From: Escherichia phage N7
DNA: 38,829 nucleotides
Sequence record: MH717096.1
Direction: 5' to 3' (one strand)
Position numbers and translations under genes: made by a program. Positions within the stretch are counted from its first letter, which is position 1. Each line of letters opens with the position of its first letter. The notes under the pieces are model-generated. The model saw only the letters and a list, made by a program, of their open reading frames with translations. It was not told the origin of the DNA and ran no database searches. Below, piece by piece: positions 20,751 to 28,395 of the stretch.

Positions 20751-20969
20751 TTTTTACCCGTCATGGAGTGCGGCTGTCAACGATCTGACGCGAACCATGA
20801 CGAACTGTGAATCTACGGAAGGCTTGATATTCAGGGGATTTTGCGGACTGGCACGGATGGTGGCGAACTGATAAATGGTGTCCCCTGCAGACATCTACTT
20901 GGCGCGGCAGGGGATTGATTGGAATGGTGTTTTTTAGATGTGAAAAATATTTTACCCGCTATTTTACCC
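20715..20969. other. candidate attP (arm-type 8-mer repeats flanking a tRNA-3'-end-like core)
   Basis: Five copies of TTTTACCC/GGGTAAAA at 20715, 20730, 20752, 20950, 20962 flank a 15-nt core at 20876-20890. Confidence 0.55.
20876..20890 (-). other. attP core candidate: minus strand reads CTGCAGGGGACACCA (tRNA acceptor 3' end + CCA)
   Basis: Plus strand TGGTGTCCCCTGCAG; its reverse complement matches my recollection of the 3' terminus of E. coli tRNA-Arg(CCU) argW; same orientation as int. Confidence 0.5.
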
Positions 20970-21164
20970 ATTGGCGCGGCTTAAGAGCTTATTTTTGAAT
21001 TCGCAATGGTCACGATATAACCATCTTGCTCGCCCGTGGATAACTTTGGCTTTTGGCAGGTCGCCGGACTTAATCCGGTCATAGATGAAGGTCTTACCGA
21101 AGCCAGTATCAGCCATGATGAATTTCAAATCAACCAGTGAATCAGGTTGTAGTTCGTGTTGCAT
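20964..21164 (-). CDS. xis: excisionase / AlpA-family HTH protein
   Basis: 66 aa; ...TFIYDRIKSGDLPKAKVIHGRARWLYRD fits the AlpA/Xis HTH pattern; upstream of int in the same orientation. Confidence 0.7.
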   Translation of the reverse strand: MQHELQPDSLVDLKFIMADTGFGKTFIYDRIKSGDLPKAKVIHGRARWLYRDHCEFKNKLLSRANG

Positions 21165-21208
21165 GAGTGCTATCTCCGAATAGGGAATCGAACCTGCAAA
21201 TCAGGCAA

Positions 21209-21231
21209 TAAAAAACCGCCATCAGGCGGCT
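21209..21231 (-). terminator. rho-independent terminator (minus strand)
   Basis: Minus strand GCCGCC-TGAT-GGCGG followed by TTTTTT; downstream of the small 55-aa ORF. Confidence 0.55.
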
Positions 21232-21389
21232 TGGTGTTCTTTCAGTTCTTCAATTCGAATATTGGTTACGTCTGCATGCGCTATCTGCGCCCATATCATC
21301 CAGTGGTTATAGCAGTCGTTGATGTCCTCTGCTTCGATAACCCTGTCGAATGGCTCTCCATTCCATTCACCTGTGACTCGGAAGTGCAT
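21222..21389 (-). CDS. hypothetical small protein (55 aa; not in ORF track)
   Basis: ATG at 21389 with SD GGAGATGA; translates MHFRVTGEWNGEPFDRVIEAEDINDCYNHWMIWAQIAHADVTNIRIEELKEHQAA; ends within the terminator. Confidence 0.35.
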   Translation of the reverse strand: MHFRVTGEWNGEPFDRVIEAEDINDCYNHWMIWAQIAHADVTNIRIEELKEHQAA

Positions 21390-21465
21390 TTATCATCTCC
21401 ATAAAACAAAACTCGCCGTAGCGAGTTCAGATAAAAGAAATCCCCGCGAGTGCGAGGATTGTTAT

Positions 21466-22191
21466 TCACCTTTGACGGCAAGTTGCAGGTTTGCCACGGT
21501 TAACCTCCTGCGGCGGTTCTGGTAGCGGCATCCAGTGGGTTACGTTGCTAATCAGTCCATATTCATTAGTTTGAGGATGGCCACCGCGATCGTCTCCGTA
21601 TTTAAAACTTTCCATAAAACCATAATGCTTACCCCCATTAACGCTCACAAAGCCGTAATAAGCTGGTATAACGCCGATCTCACACGTAATCAGCAAAGGA
21701 AAACCAGTTCTCCAATTTAGCTCGCCGATTACAGGCATTCGCTCACTACAGCTTATCCAACCATCCGGAGTTACCGGAGAGTTGCCGGGTTCTTTAATGT
21801 GCAAGCGAGGCTCACCATCTTTTGGCTCAGGCCACTGGCGCTCCATGTTGATCTTCAATTTATCTTCCATAGCAGCGGTAATTTCAGCATCGCTGATGCC
21901 AGCACGGCGCTGTGCATCCCACAACAGAAACTGCATATCAGCCCACTCGCTAAGATCGTCTGGTTCGGCTGCGGCTTCCAGTGCCTCTTTTGAGAGATGT
22001 TTCAGCGGACCAATGGGGCCAACGCAGCCAAATGTGGAGTCAGACCATTTGGCATGCTCGTGGCGAATCTGTTCGCGTTCCAGTGATGCCAGTGCAATTC
22101 GTGCCAGTTCCATTTGTTCGCCACGAGTAAGTCCGTTATCAAGCGGATTTTTAATGAATAATTTGATACGTTCTTTGGTTATAGCGCTCAT
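21466..22191 (-). CDS. hypothetical early protein with DUF551-like C-terminus
   Basis: ATG at 22191 (MSAITKER...) with SD GGAGAG; C-terminal HWMPLPEPP motif recalled as typical of DUF551 prophage proteins. Confidence 0.55.
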   Translation of the reverse strand: MSAITKERIKLFIKNPLDNGLTRGEQMELARIALASLEREQIRHEHAKWSDSTFGCVGPIGPLKHLSKEALEAAAEPDDLSEWADMQFLLWDAQRRAGISDAEITAAMEDKLKINMERQWPEPKDGEPRLHIKEPGNSPVTPDGWISCSERMPVIGELNWRTGFPLLITCEIGVIPAYYGFVSVNGGKHYGFMESFKYGDDRGGHPQTNEYGLISNVTHWMPLPEPPQEVNRGKPATCRQR

Positions 22192-22192
22192 A

Positions 22193-22636
22193 TCACTCTC
22201 CTTTGATGCGAATGCCAGTAGCGCGGATTGCATCGATGACTTCAGAAACTTTGTATGCCATTACCGTTTGGTAATCATCGTGAAAATCTGTTCGATGAAG
22301 CATGCTGCTACGTTCCGGGAGCAGTATTTCCCGCGCTTTCAGTTCTGCAATGCGCTTTTTTGCTGCTTCCAGTTCATCCAGTAATTCCAGCACGGTAGCT
22401 GGATTGGCTGCGGCGATGAATTCAGCATTGGCCTGCTGTTCCATTTGGAAATCTTCATCGAAACCGCTTTCAGGATGCGCTCCTTCAATTCTGCAAATGG
22501 GAAGATATCCAACAACGTCACGATGAATTAGCGCATCATCACAATCAAATCGGCTCTCTCCATATTCGAGCGACCACACACCACACGTTGCTTTCTCTGC
22601 CTTTTCACGCAGTGCCTGATAGTCAATCTTGCTCAC
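22193..22636 (-). CDS. hypothetical early protein (Ead/Ea22-like by recollection)
   Basis: 147 aa; N-terminal ...YQALREKAEKATCGVWSL...; tightly packed in the early-left operon. Confidence 0.5.
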   Translation of the reverse strand: MSKIDYQALREKAEKATCGVWSLEYGESRFDCDDALIHRDVVGYLPICRIEGAHPESGFDEDFQMEQQANAEFIAAANPATVLELLDELEAAKKRIAELKAREILLPERSSMLHRTDFHDDYQTVMAYKVSEVIDAIRATGIRIKGE

Positions 22637-23064
22637 TGGTTGCCTCCTTTGCGAAGCTGGGCAGCAAAGTCACGGATAGTGTCATCAAGTTCTGGGCACA
22701 ACAGATGGTCAGCAAACATCTCCACGCCCTGCGCCCGTACTTCATCCAGAAAAGCATCGGTGGCTGGGGTTTCAGTAACATCATCTTCCCATTCGCTAAA
22801 CTCCTCACGACAAAAGTCATTAAATTCCTTCTCAGATTGCTTAAGCGAGGTATTTTCAGCAGCCATCTTCGCGCATTTAGCCTCAAGGTTATCAATCGTG
22901 ATTCCAGCAGAACGACACTCCCGCAACGCCGTTTCTAGTTTTGATTCAAGTTCACCGAACTTACGGGCAAGATATTCAGCGTTTGTTTCGTTAACCTTTA
23001 AATCTCGTGGGATGCATTTACCTTTCAGAAATCCATCCATCTCAATTAGTGACATTTGTTTCAT
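22633..23064 (-). CDS. hypothetical early protein (143 aa)
   Basis: Acidic helical protein; start overlaps upstream stop. Confidence 0.5.
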   Translation of the reverse strand: MKQMSLIEMDGFLKGKCIPRDLKVNETNAEYLARKFGELESKLETALRECRSAGITIDNLEAKCAKMAAENTSLKQSEKEFNDFCREEFSEWEDDVTETPATDAFLDEVRAQGVEMFADHLLCPELDDTIRDFAAQLRKGGNQ

Positions 23065-23243
23065 TTCTTCCCACTCCGCAACATCGCATTCAGATATTTG
23101 TTGTCATTAACAGAACCGAAACTATTTCTCTTAAGCAATTCATCTCTCGATGGCATTGGCTTTACGCGTTGGCGAATAATCATTTCTGCCGGAAGAATGC
23201 CGGGATTGTATGCAAGTCCTCTCATGGTAAATTCCTCAGTCAT
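23061..23243 (-). CDS. hypothetical small protein (60 aa)
   Basis: ATG at 23243 ([15 protein letters not shown]...) overlaps the stop of the upstream gene; the ORF-track N-terminal extension is probably not translated. Confidence 0.4.
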   Translation of the reverse strand: MTEEFTMRGLAYNPGILPAEMIIRQRVKPMPSRDELLKRNSFGSVNDNKYLNAMLRSGKK

Positions 23244-23529
23244 TACTGATAGCGCCATAGCGTGAGCGGTAATTACGCAGGCGCGGGTCAATTTCAGGGA
23301 AGTGGGTATATGTGGCTTTGCGGAATGGTCGGATTGATGTCTGGTAAATTCGCTCGCGTTCTTCTTTCTCTGCAAGCCATATACAATGGCGAAATTCCTT
23401 TTCCTCTTTCGTTTCCTGCGGTAGCGACATTATCCGGTTGTAGTTTTTCCTGAATTTATCCAGCACCTCCGATACGGAATTGCCGGAACAGCGGCGCGCG
23501 TCATCCGCACCATACAGAGGCGCTGGCAT
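23236..23529 (-). CDS. hypothetical early protein (97 aa)
   Basis: Position and size resemble P22 abc2, but no sequence recollection supports homology. Confidence 0.5.
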   Translation of the reverse strand: MPAPLYGADDARRCSGNSVSEVLDKFRKNYNRIMSLPQETKEEKEFRHCIWLAEKEERERIYQTSIRPFRKATYTHFPEIDPRLRNYRSRYGAISND

Positions 23530-23542
23530 GATTTTCTCCTGA

Positions 23543-24022
23543 TTAAATTGCGTGAATAGCGTGACGAGGGAAGGGGAGAGTTACTGGTTCCTCGTCTGGG
23601 TAGATAGGTTTGTTATGTTTGTGCCACTCGGCATGACATGACTTGCAGAGCCACATCACATCGGTTGGTTTGCTGTAGTCGCAGTGGTGCGCCTGTGGTT
23701 TACATTCTGATCCGCAGCACTCACATTGTGGTGGTCGGATTAGCTTACCGTCGCGCAAAAAATTACCCACGATGATGTGGGCTTTTCTTTTCCATGGGTT
23801 GCTCTGAATGAACCGCTTTTTGGCTGCGTTACACCGTTCTCTGCCGCGTTCCGATGATTGATATTCTCTCCTTGCTGATACTCGATGTGGCAATCCCGCG
23901 CGCTCTTTGTCGTATTCAGCCAGGCAAGCCCGGCAAGCGGCAGTTAATCCATCTCTGGATGCTCTTCTGATTTGAAAGTCCCTTTCTTCCTTCTGTTGAT
24001 GGCATCTTGAGCAGATTTTCAT
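23543..24022 (-). CDS. HNH nuclease-domain protein
   Basis: 159 aa; CxxC...CxxC plus HHCDYSKPTDVMWLCKSCHAEWH, an HNH-type pattern. Confidence 0.55.
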   Translation of the reverse strand: MKICSRCHQQKEERDFQIRRASRDGLTAACRACLAEYDKERAGLPHRVSARREYQSSERGRERCNAAKKRFIQSNPWKRKAHIIVGNFLRDGKLIRPPQCECCGSECKPQAHHCDYSKPTDVMWLCKSCHAEWHKHNKPIYPDEEPVTLPFPRHAIHAI

Positions 24023-24031
24023 ATTCAGCTC

Positions 24032-24505
24032 CTAGAACGGAATATCCGAATCGTCGAAGTTCATAGGTGGTTCGCTGTGATTTCCATGCTGCTGAGGTTG
24101 CTGTCTTTGTTGATGACCGTTATTTCGCTGAGGTGAAGACTGTTCATTGCCTCCTTGCTTGCCACCAAGCATTTGCATGGTTCCACCAACGCCCACGATG
24201 ACTTCGGTAGTGAACCGATCCTGTCCGCTTTGATCCTGCCACTTTCTTGTCCGCAATTTTCCTTCAAGATAAACCTCAGAGCCTTTTCGCAGATATTCGC
24301 TGGCAATTTCTGCCAGTTTTCCGCTCATTACCACGCGGTGCCACTCCGTCTGCTCCTTTTGCTCTCCAGTTTGCTTATCACGCCATTGTTCTGACGTAGC
24401 AACTGTAAGGTTTGCAAATGCCGTTCCTGATGGTGAATATCTGATTTCTGGATCATGTCCAAGGCGACCAATAATGATCACCTTATTTACGCCTCTGCTT
24501 GCCAT
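24032..24505 (-). CDS. ssb: single-stranded DNA-binding protein
   Basis: 157 aa; OB-fold N-terminus ([15 protein letters not shown]...), Q/G-rich linker, acidic tail [10 protein letters not shown]. Confidence 0.9.
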   Translation of the reverse strand: MASRGVNKVIIIGRLGHDPEIRYSPSGTAFANLTVATSEQWRDKQTGEQKEQTEWHRVVMSGKLAEIASEYLRKGSEVYLEGKLRTRKWQDQSGQDRFTTEVIVGVGGTMQMLGGKQGGNEQSSPQRNNGHQQRQQPQQHGNHSEPPMNFDDSDIPF

Positions 24506-25213
24506 TTATGCCGCCTGTTTTAGTTCGTTAACTCTGATGTTCATTACCTGAACGCATTTAGCCTGCGCATCCTCATTGCCAGCCATTAATTGCCAGTCAT
24601 GCTGATAACGTTCGATGAGTTTTTTCTTGTCAGTTTCTGTCGACGCATAATCGCTGAAGTCTTTCAGGATTTGCTCGCAGTCAACCGATGGAGATTTCTG
24701 GTTGGTATTTTCTGGTGATGGTTTGTTATCTGATGCTGGGATTGCCCATCCCGGCAGCGATGGAGGGAGCCAGTAAAATCCTGTTCCATCCTTGAGTTTT
24801 GCCCTGTGCCACCCCTGCTTTTTATCGAGAGATGTTTGTGCGAAACCTTCCTCAAGGTTATACAGATACCGACCGATTCCCCACTGAACGGCAGCGCGCT
24901 TCATTGCACCGGAACGACCACCTTTGACGGCTTCTACCTGCGTGTTTTCAGCAGCATCCCATTTGGTTACCCATTCGGAATCAATCTTTATTGATATGCC
25001 GCATTCAACGCCGCCGTTGTTGGGAATATCGCGGTATTCATTGCGCCATCCTGCTTTGCCGCAAACATCGTCCAGGCGTTTCATGATTGCCCGGTTCGTG
25101 ACATAAGCCAGCACCATAGCCCACACTTTGCCATCGCGTGTTTTACCGCTTTGCTGTATTCGCCATTCGATATCTTCAGGGCTGAATGGCTCATCGAATT
25201 TATTCAAATCCAT
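24506..25213 (-). CDS. erf: single-strand annealing recombinase (Erf-like C-terminus, Rad52-like N-domain)
   Basis: C-terminal ...YASTETDKKKLIERYQHDWQLMAGNEDAQAKCVQVMNIRVNELKQAA matches recalled P22 Erf C-terminus; N-domain has KRAAVQWGIGRYLYNLE-type motif. Confidence 0.75.
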   Translation of the reverse strand: MDLNKFDEPFSPEDIEWRIQQSGKTRDGKVWAMVLAYVTNRAIMKRLDDVCGKAGWRNEYRDIPNNGGVECGISIKIDSEWVTKWDAAENTQVEAVKGGRSGAMKRAAVQWGIGRYLYNLEEGFAQTSLDKKQGWHRAKLKDGTGFYWLPPSLPGWAIPASDNKPSPENTNQKSPSVDCEQILKDFSDYASTETDKKKLIERYQHDWQLMAGNEDAQAKCVQVMNIRVNELKQAA

Positions 25214-25300
25214 AATTCACCTCAGAATGGACACGGCCCAAGGAAATAACGCTGATTTAATACTTCAGTCTTTGCCGCATTTAAAAATACGCGAACACCT

Positions 25301-25471
25301 TCACGATCTCCCTTCTGGCGATACATTAACGCCTGCTGCGTGTACATGCGTCTCTGTAACTTGCTCTCCTTCACTGTGGTTGCAAGTGACATGAATATCT
25401 CCTTCGTTACCGATTAATTCTTTCATCTGACGAATAAATTCTTCGTCTGACCAGTTATCTGTAAAACTCAT
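25301..25471 (-). CDS. hypothetical small protein (56 aa, kil/arf position)
   Basis: ATG at 25471 overlaps the stop of the upstream 50-aa gene (ATGA); an alternative overlapping ORF 25222-25392 with SD AAGGAGA also exists, so the real frame is uncertain. Confidence 0.3.
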   Translation of the reverse strand: MSFTDNWSDEEFIRQMKELIGNEGDIHVTCNHSEGEQVTETHVHAAGVNVSPEGRS

Positions 25472-25620
25472 TTCCTGCGATACCACGGAAGGTTGATAGC
25501 TGATTTCATCGCTTTATTTGCTTCAAGCCACATTTTGGAATCACCAATAAATCTGGCTATTACTGCTTTGTTTTGTGCTGCACGAAGCATCTGGTGATTG
25601 ATGGCTATTTCATTGCGCAT
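25468..25620 (-). CDS. hypothetical small protein (50 aa; not in ORF track)
   Basis: MRNEIAINHQMLRAAQNKAVIARFIGDSKMWLEANKAMKSAINLPWYRRK; overlaps the cIII 3' end. Confidence 0.3.
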   Translation of the reverse strand: MRNEIAINHQMLRAAQNKAVIARFIGDSKMWLEANKAMKSAINLPWYRRK

Positions 25621-25736
25621 AATAAGACCTCAACTCTTTTCCATCCGTCACGTAATTTACGGGTGATTCGTTCAAGTAAAGATTCATTTAGTTGGAAGGC
25701 ACCCATGCGAGCGCCTCCCGCGATTGCGTAAATCAT
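25605..25736 (-). CDS. cIII: CIII-like protein (43 aa; not in ORF track)
   Basis: MIYAIAGGARMGAFQLNESLLERITRKLRDGWKRVEVLLCAMK; ESLLERITRKLRDGWKR matches recalled lambda CIII core; SD AAGGAA. Confidence 0.6.
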   Translation of the reverse strand: MIYAIAGGARMGAFQLNESLLERITRKLRDGWKRVEVLLCAMK

Positions 25737-25760
25737 GGGTGGTTCCTTATGTTGGTTTTA

Positions 25761-26729
25761 TTAGTAGGTTATTTTTGTTGCGAATACTTCGCCTTTTACG
25801 ATGGCTGTTATGATATTTTTAGCAACATCTTCTGATGCACCAACCTTGATAAGGTCAGCAAGTATTTTGTTATTTACTTCTTTCCGGTGAGCTTTATCCT
25901 TTGCTCTACGCTCTTCTTCGTCCTTGATTCTTTTTTCTTCTGCTATTCTGGCTTGCTCTTTTGCTTCAGCTTCGCGCCGGATTCGTTCAGCCTCCTCCTG
26001 TGCTTTTCGGCGTTCTGCTTCAATTGCCGCCTGCTTTTCTCTTTCAGCTCGTTCTGCTGCCTCTTTTGCTTCGCGCTGTGCTCGTTGCTCGGCTTCAATG
26101 CGTTCACGCTCTGCACGTTCCGCTGCTGCCTTAGCTTCTGCTTCTCGCCTTGCTGCTGCTTCAATTTCGGCTTTTGCCTTTGCTTCGGCTTCTGCTCTGG
26201 CTTTCTCTTCAGCTTCTCTTTTTAAGCGTTCTTCATGCTCTCGCTTTTCCTGCTCCGCTTTGAGTCTTGCCTCTTCTCTTTTGCGGTCAAATTCGCGATC
26301 CATCAAAATCGCTATTTCATGGTCAGACTCAATTTGCTTTGCGAGAGCTTCAGCTGCTGCCTTAGCTTCTTCTTCGGCTTTAATCCGTGCCTGTTCATCC
26401 TCATAATCAGTAAGAGGCTGGCGCGCCTTGGCTTTCAGTTCATCAAGGCGATCGCGCACTGTCTTGCGGTTGGCATCAATTAGCTTTGGAATTTCCTTCA
26501 GTTCAGCAACAAGGTCTTTGCCAAGACCATCGAGATATGTTTTCGTCTGCGCAACTTTATACGCCAGAGAAGCGATCTCCTTTCTGCCCTTTGCCGTTGT
26601 GATATCAGGCACAAAGGACATAACTTCACGTTCAACCTTTTGAAGGATTTCTTCAATCTGGTCGGCAGACTGAAATACAGTCATTGCATTTGCTTTTTCA
26701 ATAACAACTAAATCTGTTACTTCACTCAT
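25761..26729 (-). CDS. hypothetical charged coiled-coil protein
   Basis: ATG at 26729 with SD GGAGGA (ORF-track start at 26783 is an extension); ~150-aa E/A/K/R-rich repeat (AEEKARAEAEAKAKAEIEAAARREAEAK...). Confidence 0.6.
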   Translation of the reverse strand: MSEVTDLVVIEKANAMTVFQSADQIEEILQKVEREVMSFVPDITTAKGRKEIASLAYKVAQTKTYLDGLGKDLVAELKEIPKLIDANRKTVRDRLDELKAKARQPLTDYEDEQARIKAEEEAKAAAEALAKQIESDHEIAILMDREFDRKREEARLKAEQEKREHEERLKREAEEKARAEAEAKAKAEIEAAARREAEAKAAAERAERERIEAEQRAQREAKEAAERAEREKQAAIEAERRKAQEEAERIRREAEAKEQARIAEEKRIKDEEERRAKDKAHRKEVNNKILADLIKVGASEDVAKNIITAIVKGEVFATKITY

Positions 26730-26741
26730 ATATCCTCCATC

Positions 26742-26770
26742 AAAAAAATTGCCCTCACACTGGAGGGCAA
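26742..26770 (-). terminator. rho-independent terminator (tL-like) just upstream of the coiled-coil gene
   Basis: Minus strand TTGCCCTC-CAGTGT-GAGGGCAA followed by TTTTTTT. Confidence 0.5.
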
Positions 26771-26917
26771 AGAAGATTTCCAATAATCAGAACAAGTCGG
26801 CTCCTGTTTAGTTACGAGCGACATTGCTCCGTGTATTCACTCGTTGGAATGAATACACAGTGCAGTGTTTATTCTGTTGTTTATGCCAAAAATGAAGGTC
26901 GACTATGTGGCCTGAAA

Positions 26918-27283
26918 TTACTTAACCAATGATGCTGCATATTCGATAAGGTAAAGTTTTGGAGCAAGCCAGATTTTCAGCCAGTCGAAATAATTGAAGA
27001 AAACAACAATAGAAGTAATCGCTATTCCTGATGTTACAAGTAGCGATAAAAGAAAAATATCCGCATCATCTCCTTTATTCCATGCAAAAATCATCAGATA
27101 AACACACGCTATAATCACCAATACACAGATAGCCTGAATTCCAGCTGATGATACGGCGTGCCACATCAAAAGCTGATGGATGACATCAGGAATCTGTGCC
27201 TGGCTAAATGAAACAGCCGCGTCTATTCCATTACTGGCTTTTTGCAGTAGTTCTACGAGAATCTTGTTTGCTTGTTCTTCCAT
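26918..27283 (-). CDS. hypothetical inner-membrane protein (candidate superinfection-exclusion type)
   Basis: 121 aa with two to three hydrophobic helices; SD AAGGGGA; lies between ral and the coiled-coil gene. Confidence 0.5.
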   Translation of the reverse strand: MEEQANKILVELLQKASNGIDAAVSFSQAQIPDVIHQLLMWHAVSSAGIQAICVLVIIACVYLMIFAWNKGDDADIFLLSLLVTSGIAITSIVVFFNYFDWLKIWLAPKLYLIEYAASLVK

Positions 27284-27342
27284 ATATCCCCTTGATTGTA
27301 ATAAGCATGAAATTATTTACGGCCAAAAAATAAAGGCCACCA

Positions 27343-27543
27343 TCAGGCAGCCTTGTTGTTCTGTTTACCAAGTTCTCTGGCAATCATTGCCGTAGTTCGT
27401 ATTGCCCATTTATCGACATATTTCCCATCTTCCATTACAGGAAACATTTCTTCAGGCTTAACCATGCATTCCGATTGCAGCTTGCATCCATTGCATCGTT
27501 TGAATTGTCCACACCATTGATTTTTATCAATAGTCGTAGTCAT
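27343..27543 (-). CDS. ral: restriction alleviation protein Ral
   Basis: 66 aa MTTTIDKNQWCGQFKRCNGCKLQSECMVKPEE..., matching recalled lambda Ral. Confidence 0.7.
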   Translation of the reverse strand: MTTTIDKNQWCGQFKRCNGCKLQSECMVKPEEMFPVMEDGKYVDKWAIRTTAMIARELGKQNNKAA

Positions 27544-27813
27544 AAGGATAGTCCTGGTATTGTTCCATCACATCCTGCGGATGCTCTTCGAACTCTTCAA
27601 ATTCTTCTTCCATATATCACCTCAAATAAGTGGTTTGCTGCGAAAATAAATCCGCTTAAGTTACCTGTTATTTATCCCACCAAGTTCCGTATCTATCTAT
27701 CCAGTTACACCAATCATCGACACTCCATTTTGTTGTGTCGCATTTTGGCAACTGGCATGAATATCTACCTTCTTTGTAAAGTCGGCGTTTGACTTTCTTG
27801 AGCATGGCTCACC

Positions 27814-28119
27814 TCAATCGTAATAAGCTGGAATTGATTTTCCGCGTTGCTTCTGGCGACCAACACAAGTAACACCCATTTCACTGCGTGGCTTGCGGTA
27901 GTAAATACGGTTCTGTTTACGCTCGACTTCATCTGTCTTCTTGCAGCGAAGGCTTCCGAGTGATGCTGCTTTGTCTGCTCTGACGCAACCAGAGAGCTTT
28001 AGCGCAATTTTTCGCGCCAGTCGCTGTTCTTGCATTGCCTGTTCACGTTGAGCCTGTCTGCGTGCTCTGCGGCGATTTCTGGCGTTATCGTCAGCCAGAT
28101 ATGTAATGACTACTGTCAT
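27814..28119 (-). CDS. N: antitermination protein N (phage-21-like)
   Basis: Arginine-rich N-terminus NARNRRRARRQAQRE; C-terminal ...YYRKPRSEMGVTCVGRQKQRGKSIP resembles recalled N proteins; first gene after pL/nutL. Confidence 0.8.
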   Translation of the reverse strand: MTVVITYLADDNARNRRRARRQAQREQAMQEQRLARKIALKLSGCVRADKAASLGSLRCKKTDEVERKQNRIYYRKPRSEMGVTCVGRQKQRGKSIPAYYD

Positions 28120-28226
28120 GTTGACCTCCGATGATTGACTTTGGCGGTGACGCGCCGGGTGCTTATCTTCCGGTTGCCGTCGTGCATCTGCACTTCACGT
28201 CACCCCAAAGCCAACTACTCTTTGGT

Positions 28227-28267
28227 TCCCGCATTTCGGCGGGACAATCCCATCAATGTTAAAGAGC
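28227..28267 (-). promoter_or_regulatory. nutL (boxA + boxB)
   Basis: Minus-strand boxA GCTCTTTAACA then boxB hairpin TCCCGC-CGAAAT-GCGGGA; the identical boxB occurs in nutR. Confidence 0.55.
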
Positions 28268-28304
28268 CTGCCAATCTGTTCCGTTTGGCTACCAGCGTCC
28301 TGCT

Positions 28305-28395
28305 GATGGCTTAAATTTAAGATCTCTTTAATTAATGGTCAAGAGTATTTTTGAAGAAAACTTAAATTTTCTTTCGTAACTTAAGTTTGGCTTTG
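28305..28395. promoter_or_regulatory. OL operators and pL
   Basis: Palindromes CTTAAATTTAAG (28310-28321), GAAAACTTAAATTTTC (28356-28371), AACTTAAGTT (28378-28387); minus-strand TTGACC-N17-TAAATT promoter. Confidence 0.5.

Noticed and set aside
20876-21201. A complete tRNA gene
   Set aside because: Only two separated fragments of a tRNA 3' half are present; there is no D-arm or anticodon arm, so this is att-related sequence.
21782-23110. Plus-strand ORFs of 200 aa and 156 aa (Ser-rich)
   Set aside because: Antisense to the minus-strand early-left operon, with biased composition and no RBS.
25222-25392. Alternative 56-aa minus-strand ORF (MSLATTVKES...) overlapping the 25301-25471 frame
   Set aside because: Not resolved: it has a good SD, but the competing frame is translationally coupled to the upstream gene. 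Noted as an alternative rather than called.
25924-26406. 160-aa Ser/Ala-rich plus-strand ORF (and 25887-26225, 26235-26483)
   Set aside because: Antisense to the coiled-coil gene; produced by the repetitive low-complexity DNA; no start context.
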